A stretch of 64,000 nucleotides of DNA from an uncultured Actinomycetota bacterium. GTDB taxonomy: Bacteria; Actinomycetota; UBA4738; HRBIN12. A program made the position numbers and the translations under genes. The stretch covers positions 40,393 through 104,392 of the forward strand of contig CAWIUW010000003.1 in the NCBI GenBank assembly GCA_963839395.1, written 5' to 3'. A model generated the notes under the pieces. That model did no database searches, had not been told where the DNA came from, and worked only from the letters and a program-made list of their open reading frames with translations. How positions within the stretch are numbered: the first letter of the stretch is position 1; each line of letters opens with the position of its first letter. Positions 1-10,053 of the stretch are shown here, piece by piece.

Positions 1-25
1 GAAGAAGCCTGCCAAGGCGGCCTGA
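1..25 (+). CDS. 3' end of an upstream gene (partial; tail ...KKPAKAA*)
   Basis: Frame 2 reads KKPAKAA then TGA at 23-25, followed by a GC hairpin at 57-85. Too short to name. Confidence 0.2.
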
Positions 26-56
26 CACGCATCTGGCGAACCGCGAGGGGATCCGG

Positions 57-85
57 CGGCCGAGGCTCCGGAGGAACCTCGGCCG
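57..85 (+). terminator. GC-rich hairpin, candidate intrinsic terminator of the upstream gene
   Basis: Perfect 9-bp stem cggccgagg (57-65) / cctcggccg (77-85). There is no clear T-tract, which is common in high-GC genomes. Confidence 0.4.
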
Positions 86-110
86 TCTCCCCGGTAGGGT
101 AGCGGCGGCC

Positions 111-2719
111 GTGCAGCAGCTCGAACGTCGTGAGCCCGAAGGGTTGAGCGAGGCCGCCGCGGCGGCCCGCCTGCTTCGGGACGGTCCCAACGTCCTTCCG
201 ATCCGTCGCCCTCGTCCGTTGTGGCTCGAGGCTGTCGGACAGCTCACGCACTTCTTCGCGCTGATGCTCTGGGTCGCCGGGCTCCTCGCGTTCGTTGCGG
301 GGTTGCCGCAACTGGGCGTGGCGATCTTCGTCGTCGTGCTCGCGAACGGCGCGTTCGCGTTCGTGCAGGAGCATCGTGCGCAGCGCGCGGCGGAACGACT
401 CCGCGATCTGCTCCCGAGGCGAGCGACCGTCGTCCGCGGCGGACGACACCTCGAGATCGACGCTGCCGAGCTGGTGGTGGGCGATCTCGTCCTCCTGGAG
501 GCGGGTGACCGCATCTCCGCCGATCTGCGGATCGAGCGAGCGGCGGCGGCGATGTTGGGGACGGCGGCCCTGACGGGGGAAAGCGTTCCCACGGCCGTCG
601 ACGTCGGCGATGAGGCGTTCGCGGGAACGTTCCTCGTCGAAGGGGAAGTCATCGGCGAAGTCACGGCGACGGGGACGTCGACGAGACTTGCCGGGATCGC
701 GGCCTCGCGGCCGCGGCCGGATCGGAACCGCGGTCTCCGCTCAGCGATCGAGCTGCGCCGCGTCGTCCGCACCGATCGCCACGATCGCCCTCCTGTGTGG
801 GTGCCGCGTTCTTCGGCGTGGCGCTGTTGACCGGGATCCCGCCGCACCGAGGGGTTCCTCTTCGCGATCGGCGTCGTCGTCGCGCTCGTCCCGAAGGTCT
901 CCTCCCGACCGTCACCCTGTCGCTCGCGATCGGCGCGCAACGGATGGCGCGACAGCCAAGCGCTCGTTCGCCGACTCGATGCGGTCGAGACGCTCGGCTC
1001 GACCACCTTCATCTGCACCGACAAGACGGGCACGCTGACCCGCAACGAGATGTCGGTGGTCGAGGTGTGGACGCCGGATGGCACCGCGCGGATCGAGGGA
1101 CAGGGCTACGAGCCGACCGGCCAGATGGAGACGAGAACGGACGATGGCGAGGACGACACTCCGCCGCTCGCCCTGGTGGCCGCTCGGTGCTCACGGGTCA
1201 CGCGGACCTGCCGAGACGGCGTGTGGACCGCCGTCGGGGATCCGATGGATGCTGCGGTCGATGTCGCTCGCCCGGCGGGTCGGGGTCGACGTGGCGGGCG
1301 ACCGGGCGGCAGCTCCGGAGGTGGAGCGGTTCCCCTTCGATCCGACGGCGTCGCCGGGTGTCGATCGCGGACCCGGGACCGACTGTTCGTGAAGGGTGCG
1401 GCCGACAGCATGCTCGGCCGGTGCCGGCGGGACCCGGCTCGCGGTCGCGGCGATCGAGGCGTTGGCCGCTCGGGGCTCCGGGTGATCGCGGTCGGGACAA
1501 GACGGCCTCGGCAGCGTCCGCGGGATGCGGGCGACGGTCGAGCGCGATCTGGAGCTCCTCGGGCTCATCGGGCTCCTCGATCCGCCCCGAGATGGAGGTC
1601 GCAGACGCCACTGCACGAGATGCCGCCGGGCGGGCATCCGGATCGCGATGGTGACCGGGGATCATCCCGCGACGGCGAGCGGCGGTGGCTCGAGCGCGTC
1701 GGGCTGGCGCGTCGGAGGACGATCCTGTCCTGATCGGTGACGACCTGCCCGAGGACGAGCAGATGCTCGCCGCGATGATCGACCGCGATGGGATCGTCTC
1801 GCGCGGGTATCGCCGGAGCAGAAGGTCCGCATCGCCCGAGCGCTGCGATCACGCGGGCACGTCGTCGCGATGACCGGTGACGGTGTGAACGATGGGCCCG
1901 CGCTCGAGGAAGCGGACATCGGGATCGCGATGGGGCGTTCGGGACCGACGTGGCCCGTGAGGCTTCCGACCTCGTCCTGCTCGACGATCAATTTCGGGAC
2001 GATCGTCACGGCGATCGAGCAGGGGCGCGCAACGTTCAGCAACATGCAGACAGTTCCTCACGTACCACCTGACCGACAACGTGGCGGAGCTGGCTCCGTT
2101 CGCCGTGTGGGCGCTCTCGGGCGGCCGATTCCCGCTCGCCTTGTGCGTGATGCAGATCCTGGTGCTGGACATCGCACGGACACCTTCCGGCGGTTGCGCT
2201 CGGCGCGGAACCAGCCGGCCCCCGGGCGCTGGACGTGACCGCCCGTGCGCGGCCGACTGCTGAACCGGACCGTCGCGATCCGAGCGCTCGCGATCGCCGG
2301 ACCGATCGAAGCTCTGTCGGGATGTGCGCCTTCGTCCTCTCGCTGCTCGCGTCGGGATGGCGACCCGGTGAACCCTTCCCGACCGGGCCCGCCGCTCCTG
2401 GCCGCGTCGGGAGCGACGTTCGCGGCGTGGTGCTCGGACAGATGGCGAACGCGTTCGCGTGTCGGAGCGCGACGCGGCCCCCTGGCGGATCGGGTGGCTC
2501 TCGAACCCCCTCCTGATCGTGGCAGTCGTCGATCGAGCTGGTGTTCGCGCTCGGCGTATCCTCTTCTGGCCGCCCCTCGCATCGAATGCTCGGGCAGGCG
2601 CCTCCGCCACGGGTCGGTTGGTTGGTGGCAGCCTGCGTCGATCCCGGCCATGCTCGTGGTCGATGCGTCGTTCAAGCGCTCGTTCCGCCGTCGGCTCGAT
2701 GCCGCCGACCCGGCGGTGA
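111..2719 (+). pseudogene. Cation-transporting P-type ATPase (P2-type, CtpF/SERCA-like), reading frame shattered
   Basis: Hallmark motifs are all present but spread over all three forward frames. TGES is in ORF 111-830, [16 protein letters not shown] in frame 0 after 849, and [20 protein letters not shown] in ORF 797-1654. [11 protein letters not shown] is in the frame of ORF 1050-1733, [10 protein letters not shown] in ORF 1525-1740 and [12 protein letters not shown] in ORF 1870-2238. The C-terminal TM text is in ORFs 2235-2516, 2459-2719 and 2245-3390. At least 10 frame changes are needed. The gene ends at TGA 2717-2719. Confidence 0.8.
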
Positions 2720-5297
2720 CCGCGGTGACGGGTCCGGACTCCGCGGCGAACAGCGTCGGCGACTGGCGGTCGCGACCCCTCTCGAGACGGCCTGACAGCC
2801 GAAGAGGCAGGAGCGCGGTTCGACCGTATCGGGCCGAACGAGATCCCGAGGGGCCCTCGCGCGTCGTGGCGGCGGCGGTTCGCCCGCCAGCTGCTGGAGC
2901 CGATGGCGCTCTTGCTCCTGGTGGCCGCCGCGGTGGAGGGGTTCGGGCTGGGGGAGCGCCTCGAAGCCATCGCGATCCTGGCCATCGTCTTCCTGAACGC
3001 GGTGATCGGGACGGTCCAGGAGGGTCGCGCGGAACGAGCCCTCGACGCGTTGCGCTCGATGGAGCCTCGCTACGCCACGGTGGTTCGAGACGCACGCCGG
3101 CAACGGATCGACCTCGCGCGGGTGGTGCCGGGCGACATCGTGGTGTTGGCCGCCGGCGACCGCGTGCCCGCCGACATCGAGCTGCTGGTCGTGAACGGCC
3201 TCCAGGTCGACGAGTCCGTCCTGACGGGCGAATCGCTGCCCGTCGACAAGCTCGTGCCTACCACCGTCGAGGATGCCGACAACGGGCGCGCCTTCGCGGG
3301 AACGGTCGTGACGAACGGGGACGGTCTGGGAGCCGTCGTCGCGACCGGCGCGTCCAGCTCGCTGGGCCGGATCGCGGCCGAGCTCGGTGAAGCGCGTGCC
3401 CCCACACCCCTCCAGCGCCGGCTCCGCCGACTGACGAAGACCCTCGGCCTGGCGGCGGTGGCGATCGCCGGCGGCGTCTTCGTGCTCACTCTCGTCCGGC
3501 TGGGGACCGGAGAGGACCAGGTCAGGCAGGCCTTCCTGTCCGCGGTCGCGTTGGCGGTCGCGGCCGTCCCGGAAGGGCTGCCGGCGGTGGTGACCGTCGT
3601 GCTCGCCCTCGGCGTCCGACGCATGGCCGAGCGGGGCGCGATCGTCCGGCGTCTGCCCGCGGTCGAGACCCTGGGCTCGTCGACGGTGATCCTGACGGAC
3701 AAGACCGGGACGCTCACCGAGAACAGGATGCAGGTGGATCGCATCGTCGTGACGGGGGAGGCTCCAACGCGAGCGATCGTGGGATCCGTGCCCGAACGCT
3801 TCGCGACCGCGATCGCCCTCGGATCGGACGCGACGCTCGACCCTCCCACCGGCGACCCGCTCGAGGTCGCGCTCCTGGAATCGGTGGGGGAGGCGGAGGT
3901 TCGCCGCATCCGTGACCGGCAGCGGCGTCTCGGCTCGCTCCCGTTCGATGCGAGTCGACGCCGAACGGTGACGGTGAACGAAGGGATCGGCACGGCGATC
4001 GCCGTCCTCAAGGGCGCTCCCGAGGTCGTCCTGGGCGCATCGGTGGACGCGGTCGACCGCGAGGGCGGCCGAGGTCCGCTGGCGGGAGACGCTGTCCTTC
4101 GGTCTGCGGAGGAGCTCGCCACCTCGGGGAGCCGTGTGATCGCCTTCGCCGTCCGGGAGGGATCGGATGTCGACCCGGATCGCCCACCGGAGGAGGGGTT
4201 CACGTTCCTCGGCCTCGTGGGTCTCCGCGATCCCGTACGGGCGGAGGCTGCATCGGCGATCGCCGACGCGGCCTCCGCCGGCATCCGGATCGTGATGGTC
4301 ACAGGAGACCACGCCGGTACGGCGGCGTCGGTCTCGCGTGAGGTTGGCCTCCTCACCCCCGACGGTCACGTCCTCGAAGGCCATCAGCTCGGCGAGGCGG
4401 ATCCGGCAGAGGTGAGCGTGTTCGCGCGCGTGAAGCCGGAGGACAAGCTCGCGATCGTCCGCGCGCTCCAGGAGCGGGGAGAGGTCGTCGCGGTGACCGG
4501 TGACGGCGTGAACGACGCTCCTGCGCTGCGGCAAGCGGATATCGGTGTGGCGATGGGCAGGACGGGCAGCGACGTCGCCAGGGAAGCCGCCGACATGGTG
4601 ATCACCGACGACGACCTCGGCACGATCGTCCATGCCGTCGAGGAGGGACGCCGGCTCGTCAGGAACATCCGCAACGTGATCGACTATCTCGTCGCCGGGA
4701 ACCTGTCCGAGGTCGCCGTCGTGGTGACGGTGCTGCTCCTGTTCCCCGACGCCGGTGCCACGCTCACGCCACTGCAGATCCTCTGGATCAACCTCCTCAC
4801 CGATGGTCTTCCGGCGGTGGCTCTCGGGGTCGAGTCGGGTTCCGGGGTACGTACGGACCGGGTGGACACCTCGAGCCTGCTGTCGTGGCGGAGAGCGCGG
4901 ATGCTCGCGGTGCGTGGGATGTCGATCGCGTTCACGTCCGTGGGCACCTTCGTGGTCGTTCGGTTCGGCTTCGACCAGTCGTTCGAGTCCGCACGGACGG
5001 CGATGTTCACCGTCCTCGTGTTGTCGCATCTGCTCTACGCATTCGCCGTGTACCTCGATCGTCCGGGCGGAACGCCGGTACCGCTCCGTGCGCTGCTGGC
5101 TGCGCGAGGGCTGTTGATCGCCGTGGGCACCGGCATCGTCCTGCAAGCGGCGGTGGTCGCCTTCCCGGTCTTCCACGACGTCTTCGACACCACACCCCTC
5201 TCGGGGATCCGGATGGCTGGTGTGCCTCTCGGCCGGGCTCGTCGCGCCTATCGGGATCTGGCTGGCCGGCCGGGTCGGCTCACGGAGTGCGGCGTGA
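2716..5297 (+). CDS. Cation-transporting P-type ATPase (P2-type), nearly intact paralogue of 111-2719
   Basis: ORF 2903-5341 (812 aa) has TGES, PEGLP, DKTGTLT, MVTGDH and VTGDGVNDAPAL. The homologous N-terminus (DGLTAEEAGARFDRIGPNEIP..., from 2786) lies upstream of ATG 2903 with no start codon in that frame. GTG 2716 in frame 1 (MTAVTGPDS..DWRSRPLSR) overlaps the upstream stop as GTGA, implying a 5' shift at about 2730-2790. The last TM (GWLVCLSAGLVAPIGIWLAGRVGSRSAA*) is in another frame ending at TGA 5295-5297, implying a 3' shift near 5205. Confidence 0.85.
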
Positions 5298-5344
5298 GGG
5301 CCGGAGGTGCGGTCGCCGACCCTCAGCGCCGCGGCCGGTGATGG

Positions 5345-6104
5345 CTACGAGATGAGTTGCTCCTCGATCGCCACGACCTTCCCGTCCTCCATCGTGATCC
5401 AGTACGGCGACACACCGAAGGTCTCGACCCTCGTAGGAGGAGAAGAGCTCCCCGAACCCGCTCAGGTCGACGACGGTCGCGCTACGAGCGTGACCCCAAC
5501 GGGATGCAGGGACACCGTCGCTGCCGGGTCGATCTCGATCGTCCGCCAGCGCGGGTTCATGTTCCGGATGTAGTCCGGGTGATCGAGGAAGACCCCGTCC
5601 TCTTCCGCAGCATCGAACGCCGCCTGGTCCGTGAACCACTGTTCGATGTCGATCACGAGCCGTGGCGGCTCCTGGTTGGCTCCGACGGCGATGAGGGCTC
5701 CGAAATGCTTCCCGTCCGGCAGGGCAGGGCCGAGCATCGGACACGAGCTCGGCTTGGGCGGCCGAGAGCCTTCCCTCCAGATCGCGGTCGCCTGGTCCCT
5801 GACCTCCGTCAGACTGCTCCGGAGCCCTTCGAGGCGGTCGGTCAGCACGGCCACCTGGTCCTGCGCCGCATCCCGCTGCGCGAACGGCGTCTGCGAGCGC
5901 ACCTGACCGATCCCGTGAGCCCGTCCGGTCCCAAGCGAAGACCGAGGCTCCTCCGATGAGGCCCGCGACGACGATGAGCGCCACCGTCACGGTGATCGGA
6001 GGTCTCCGACCGCCAGGGTGCGTGGTTCTCGACCCGTTGTCCCGCTCATCCATCGCCACGACGTGTTGTTCGTCGAACAACCGAGGCGTCTTCATGACGA
6101 TCAC
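5345..6104 (-). CDS. Uncharacterised single-pass membrane protein, tandem paralogue A (frame-disrupted)
   Basis: The N-terminus plus TM (ITVTVALIVVAGLIGGASVFAWDRTGSRDR) is in ORF 5280-6104. The coiled-coil and conserved core (VAVLTDRLEGLR...GPALPDGKHFGALIAVGANQEPPRLVIDIEQWFTDQAA) is in ORF 5462-5902. The C-terminus ETFGVSPYWITMEDGKVVAIEEQLIS* is in a third frame with its stop at 5345-5347. It is collinear with paralogue B. Confidence 0.6.
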
Positions 6105-6125
6105 TTTCCTCTCGAGCTGTTGGTG

Positions 6126-6889
6126 CTACGGGATGTACTGTTCCTCGATCGCAATGACCTTTCCGTCCTTCGTGGTGATCCAGTACGGGGATGACTCCGC
6201 GGAGCCTTCGAAGGAGCGGAAGAGCTCCGCGAACCGGCTCAGGCTGACGACGGTGCGCTCCGTCGGATATTGGAGAGACGTCGACACGGACACCTTCGCC
6301 GCCGGATCGATCTCGATCATCCGCCAGCGCGGGTTCGCGTTCCGGATGTAGAAACCACCGGTGCCTGCGTCCCACGGTGGTAGGCCGTCCTCGAGGGCGG
6401 CCTCCCGCGCCGCTTGGTCCGTGAACCACTGCTCGATGTCGATCAGGAGCCGTGGCGGCTGCTGGTCGGCGCCGACGGCGATCAGGGCTCCGAAATGCTT
6501 CCCGTCCGGCAAGGCGGGGCCGATCATCGCCACGAGCTCGGCCTGGGCGGCCGAGACTCCCTGCACTTCCAGCGCGGTCGTCCGATCGTCGGCCTCGGTC
6601 AGCCTGCCTCCGGAGTCCCTCGAGGCGGTCGGTCAGCACGGCCACCTGGTCCTGCGCCGCATCCCGCTGCGCGACGGCGTTTGCGAGCGCACCTGACTCG
6701 ATCCCGCGAGCCGGTCCGGTCCCAAGCGAAGACGAAGGCTCCGCCGATGAGGCCCGCGACGAGGATCAGCGCGGCGGTCAGGGCGATCGGACGTCTCCTG
6801 TGCCGAACGATCGAGGGGCCGGGCGAAGTCCGCTCAACCGGGGCAACCGGTGCAGGGTGCCGTCTGTCGTACGTCGGTAGAGGCGTCAT
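6126..6889 (-). CDS. Uncharacterised single-pass membrane protein, tandem paralogue B (frame-disrupted)
   Basis: ORF 6599-6889 holds the N-terminus and TM (IALTAALILVAGLIGGAFVFAWDRTGSRDR). ORF 6046-6645 holds VAVLTDRLEGLR. ORF 6126-6566 holds GPALPDGKHFGALIAVGADQQPPRLLIDIEQWFTDQAA...SPYWITTKDGKVIAIEEQYIP*. Confidence 0.6.
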
Positions 6890-7019
6890 AGGGATCGCCC
6901 CCTTTCGTGACCATGGTTCCAGCGGGGTTCGGCCGCGCTCAGGGCCGACCGGACCGAGATGGCTGGGACCTTCGGGCTGAGACCGAGGAGGCGGCCGCCG
7001 GTTTGCGGCATCGGGGACG

Positions 7020-7337
7020 GTGCGTGAGTATCGCTACGTGAAGCGGAGATGGCCGTTCGTGGTCGCTGCCGGCGTTCTGCTGTTGACGATCACGAGCTGC
7101 GCCCCGGGCCCGAACGTTCAGGAAGGTGTCGTCCAGGGCGGGGAGATCGCCGGGTTCTGGCTCGGTCTCTGGCACGGGGTCATCGCCCCGATCACCTTCG
7201 TCATCTCGTTGTTCAGCGACACCGTCAACGTGTACGAGATCCACAACAACGGCAACTGGTACAACTTCGGCTTCGTTCTCGGGGCGGGCGTCCTACTGGG
7301 CGGCGGCGGCGCCGGCTCCCGAAGAAGGAAGGGCTGA
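7020..7337 (+). CDS. Small lipoprotein/membrane protein (hypothetical)
   Basis: ORF of 105 aa. It has a signal peptide with lipobox LLLTITSC, then two hydrophobic segments and a Gly-rich basic tail. Third-position GC is high. Confidence 0.65.
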   Translation: MREYRYVKRRWPFVVAAGVLLLTITSCAPGPNVQEGVVQGGEIAGFWLGLWHGVIAPITFVISLFSDTVNVYEIHNNGNWYNFGFVLGAGVLLGGGGAGSRRRKG

Positions 7338-7408
7338 GCTGGATGCAAAGATCCCCTTCATCCGCAGCGGTCTGACCCGGAGACATCTTCCGAGGCGTCG
7401 CTCGAGAC

Positions 7409-8110
7409 TCAGCCGATCTGCGGTCCCTCGGCAAGGGTCCTGATCGTTCGGAGCATCTTCTGCTCCATGACGAACGCACCCGGGTCGGTGATGAGGGACC
7501 AGATGAACGTGCCGATGCTCTTCTGCCAATCCTGTCGCCATCGGCTCACGAGACGGCTTCGCCCCTCGGGCGTGGGCTCGACGAGGAGACACCAGGTGTC
7601 GGCCTCGCCGCCGCTCAGGATGTGATGGTCCGGTTCGATCTCCCGCACTGACGGCCCGAAGCCGGGGATCATCTGTATGCGGTCGCCGACGGCGAGGTTC
7701 TGGAGCGCTGGAACGATCCGGTCGACGCTTCGCTGCCCGTCGTTGTCGATCCAGTCGTAGCTGTACCAGCCACCTCGCCCGTAGCCGATCTGGAGCAGCC
7801 AGGGGAAGACGTCTCGAGGTCTGGCGTCGATCGTGATCGCGCGTGTGGTCGAGGGTGCTCCGGGGCGCAAGAGTTCGTCGCCGGGCATCGCTCGCCCGAC
7901 TTCCTCGTCGGTGGAACCCCATCTCCGTTGCCACGGGCCGACGAGAGTGATGTACGACGCCATCACGAAGAAGGCGACACCCAGGCCGACGGCGATGCCG
8001 AGCACGGACCCGAGCCAGATGATGAGTGCGGCGAGCACGGCGAGGCTCGCCACGACACAACCGACCAGGACCAGGGCGACCCTTCGCATCGTTCGCACTC
8101 TCAAGTCCAC
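7409..8110 (-). CDS. Membrane-anchored SRPBCC/START-fold-like protein (hypothetical)
   Basis: ORF of 233 aa with two N-terminal TM segments followed by a soluble domain (RAITIDARPRDVFPWLLQIGYGRGGWYSYDWID...) typical of SRPBCC family proteins. An alternative start is at MRRVALV (8089). Confidence 0.65.
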   Translation of the reverse strand: MDLRVRTMRRVALVLVGCVVASLAVLAALIIWLGSVLGIAVGLGVAFFVMASYITLVGPWQRRWGSTDEEVGRAMPGDELLRPGAPSTTRAITIDARPRDVFPWLLQIGYGRGGWYSYDWIDNDGQRSVDRIVPALQNLAVGDRIQMIPGFGPSVREIEPDHHILSGGEADTWCLLVEPTPEGRSRLVSRWRQDWQKSIGTFIWSLITDPGAFVMEQKMLRTIRTLAEGPQIG

Positions 8111-8680
8111 CTCTCGTGTGTCTCCGTCACCCCGAGCTCGCGGTGTGCAACTCCTCGGTCGTTGGAACGACCCTCACATCCTTCGCCGAGCTTCTCGCCC
8201 CATGCTCGTGCGCGTTCCTCTTCGCCCTCGACGAGCGGGCCAGCCGTTCCCGTCACGTAGAAGCTCTCTGAGGCGACGGCGACTCGGAATCCGAGTTTCC
8301 GAAGACGCTTCTCGGCCGCCCGGGCGGCGGAGCCCGGGACGCGAGGCTTGGCGATCCGCGTATCGAACGCGGCAGCCGTGACCTTCCCGGGGGTTCGCTC
8401 GAGCGTCGTGAGCCACTCGCGCATCCCGATCCCTCCTGACACGACGTGCCCTCCGGCTTGTCGGGTCGCGTCCTCTCGCGTCCCGGGCCGGCTCATCCCG
8501 AACGCGTGGGTCGGGCCTCCGACGACGAGCAGTTCGACTCCCTCTCCGAGGGCATGCGGAGCGGTCCCCACCTCGAGGATGTCGGTGGGCACGTGTGACG
8601 ACAGTCCCTGCTTCGACCGCCTCCGCGATCTTCTGCGTGTTCCCGAACATCGATTCGAACACCACCAGCGCGCGTGTCAC
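8101..8680 (-). CDS. Flavodoxin-like protein (one frame shift near 8600)
   Basis: The N-terminus MTRALVVFESMFGNTQKIAEAVEAG is in ORF 8174-8680. It continues as (G)LSSHVPTDILEVGTAPHALGEGVELLVVGGPTHAFGMS... in ORF 8101-8592. Confidence 0.7.
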
Positions 8681-8786
8681 GTTCGTCTCCTCCTCATCTG
8701 CGAACAGCTTGGAACGACGGAGAACGGTTGCGATAGGTCGAAGGACCTGGCGTTCGGAGACCTTTCAGACCGTCCGTGGATGCGAA

Positions 8787-8813
8787 GAAGGCGGGGCCGA
8801 CGGCCCCGCCTTC
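8787..8813 (-). terminator. Strong hairpin downstream of the DoxX-like gene
   Basis: 12-bp perfect stem gaaggcggggcc (8787-8798) / ggccccgccttc (8802-8813) with a 3-nt loop. On the minus strand it is followed by ttcttcgc. It sits 17 nt after the stop at 8830. Confidence 0.55.
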
Positions 8814-8829
8814 ATGCGCCTTGGGTCGA

Positions 8830-9458
8830 TCAGTACAGGTACCTCCGGTCCTTCACGAACCCGACCCGCTGCCAGACCTTGCCAAGGCCGTAGTAGCGGC
8901 CGGCGTTCGCCAGGATCAGCCCGACCAGGACGATCGCGTACACGAAGTGGTCGTCCACGAACGGGTTGTGCTCCGGCCAGATCGCGGTCCCCAGGTAGAA
9001 GGTCGCCATCCAGGCGATGCCGCCCACTGCGGCGAGCCGCGTCATCACGCCGCTGATCAGACCGAGGCCGATCAGCAGGATGAGACACCATGTACACCCA
9101 GTCGATCCATCCGGCCACCTGCGGGCCTGCCTGGGTCATCTGGAAGCTGGTGATGCTCTGGATGTTGTCGGCGAACGGACCCTTCAGCCCGAAGCCGATG
9201 GCGCCCGCCGTGGGGCTGGCTCCGTTGATCCACGCGTCCGGACCGAAGAAGTCGATCTTCACCGTCTGCCCTGCCTCGTTCAGGACCCGGCCCGTCGAGA
9301 ATCCGAGGGCGAAGGCCTTGTCGAGGAATGCCCACAGGAAGGTCCAACCCAGCCACGAGTCGGAGCGCTCCGAAGACCCGCTGCAATCCCTTGGTGTGGA
9401 TCGGCTCGAGCCGCTCCAGCGCCGGGATGTCGAGAGCCTTTCTCTCGATCGTTTCCAT
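8830..9458 (-). CDS. DoxX/DoxD-like membrane protein (two frame shifts)
   Basis: The protein reads METIERKALDIPALERLEPIHTKGLQRVFGALRLVAG (ORF 9072-9458), then KIDFFGPDAWINGASPTAGAIGFGLKGPFADNIQSITSFQMTQAGPQVAGWIDWVYMVSH (ORF 8765-9262). It ends with MTRLAAVGGIAWMATFYLGTAIWPEHNPFVDDHFVYAIVLVGLILANAGRYYGLG (ORF 8830-9048). Confidence 0.7.
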
Positions 9459-9532
9459 CTATCCCACCTCCTTGTTCGTGTTCACCTGCCCAGCCTCTCG
9501 ACTCCTGCATCCCGCCTCTACGGTCCACCGAC

Positions 9533-9546
9533 CCTGTTCGAACAGG
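9533..9546. promoter_or_regulatory. Perfect 14-bp palindrome CCTGTTCGAACAGG, candidate operator
   Basis: Read directly from the sequence. It lies in the 151-bp divergent region between the DoxX-like gene (start 9458, minus) and ORF 9610 (plus). The flanks extend it imperfectly (gaccCTGTTCGAACAGgacc). Confidence 0.35.
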
Positions 9547-9609
9547 ACCTTTGGCACCTTCCGCCTCTGAGCATCAGGTGGAGACTCATGAGCAACGAGG
9601 AGGTGTGCG

Positions 9610-10053
9610 ATGCCGCAGGAGGGGACCGTGTTGCTGGTCGAGTCAGACGACGGAGAGCGGGACCGACTGGGGAAGGCGCTCGAGCATGCCGGGTACCAGG
9701 TGATCGCGTGCCCAGGTCCCACGGCTCCGGACTACACATGCATCGGCGGACGAGAGGGCTACTGTCCGCTGCTGGAGCGGGCAGACGTCGTGGTCCTGGA
9801 TCCGTGGTTGGCCGGGGACGAGCTCGGCGTCGGAACGTCGCCCGACGAGCTGTTCGCCCTGTACGCGGGGAGCGGTCGAACCGTCGTGGCGATCGACGCG
9901 GTGCGCCTGGATCCGATCCCACGAGGCAGCATGATCCGCCTCGATCGCCATCCCGAAGCGCAGGCGGTCGTCGCGGCGGTTCGGGTCGCGGCCGAGGCAG
10001 ACGGGTTCGTCCTCCGGCGTCCTCTCCTGGAAGGCGACGGGCTACTCGACTGA
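9610..10053 (+). CDS. Receiver-like (CheY-fold-like) hypothetical protein
   Basis: ORF of 147 aa with high GC3. The text VLLVESDDGERDRLGKALEHAGYQVIA...ADVVVLDPW resembles a response-regulator receiver, but the conserved Lys region is not evident. Its 3' end overlaps the convergent regulator gene by 12 nt. Confidence 0.55.
   Translation: MPQEGTVLLVESDDGERDRLGKALEHAGYQVIACPGPTAPDYTCIGGREGYCPLLERADVVVLDPWLAGDELGVGTSPDELFALYAGSGRTVVAIDAVRLDPIPRGSMIRLDRHPEAQAVVAAVRVAAEADGFVLRRPLLEGDGLLD

Noticed and set aside
2672-5176. Very long antisense ORFs: 2672-5176 (834 aa), 39051-42176 (1041 aa), 61652-63286 (544 aa), 1849-2985, 20274-21233, 23302-24993, 31598-32818 and others.
   Set aside because: They lie opposite genes with unmistakable motifs and are dominated by Arg/Pro/Gly/Asp low-complexity text. 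This is the usual stop-codon-poor antisense artefact of GC-rich DNA.
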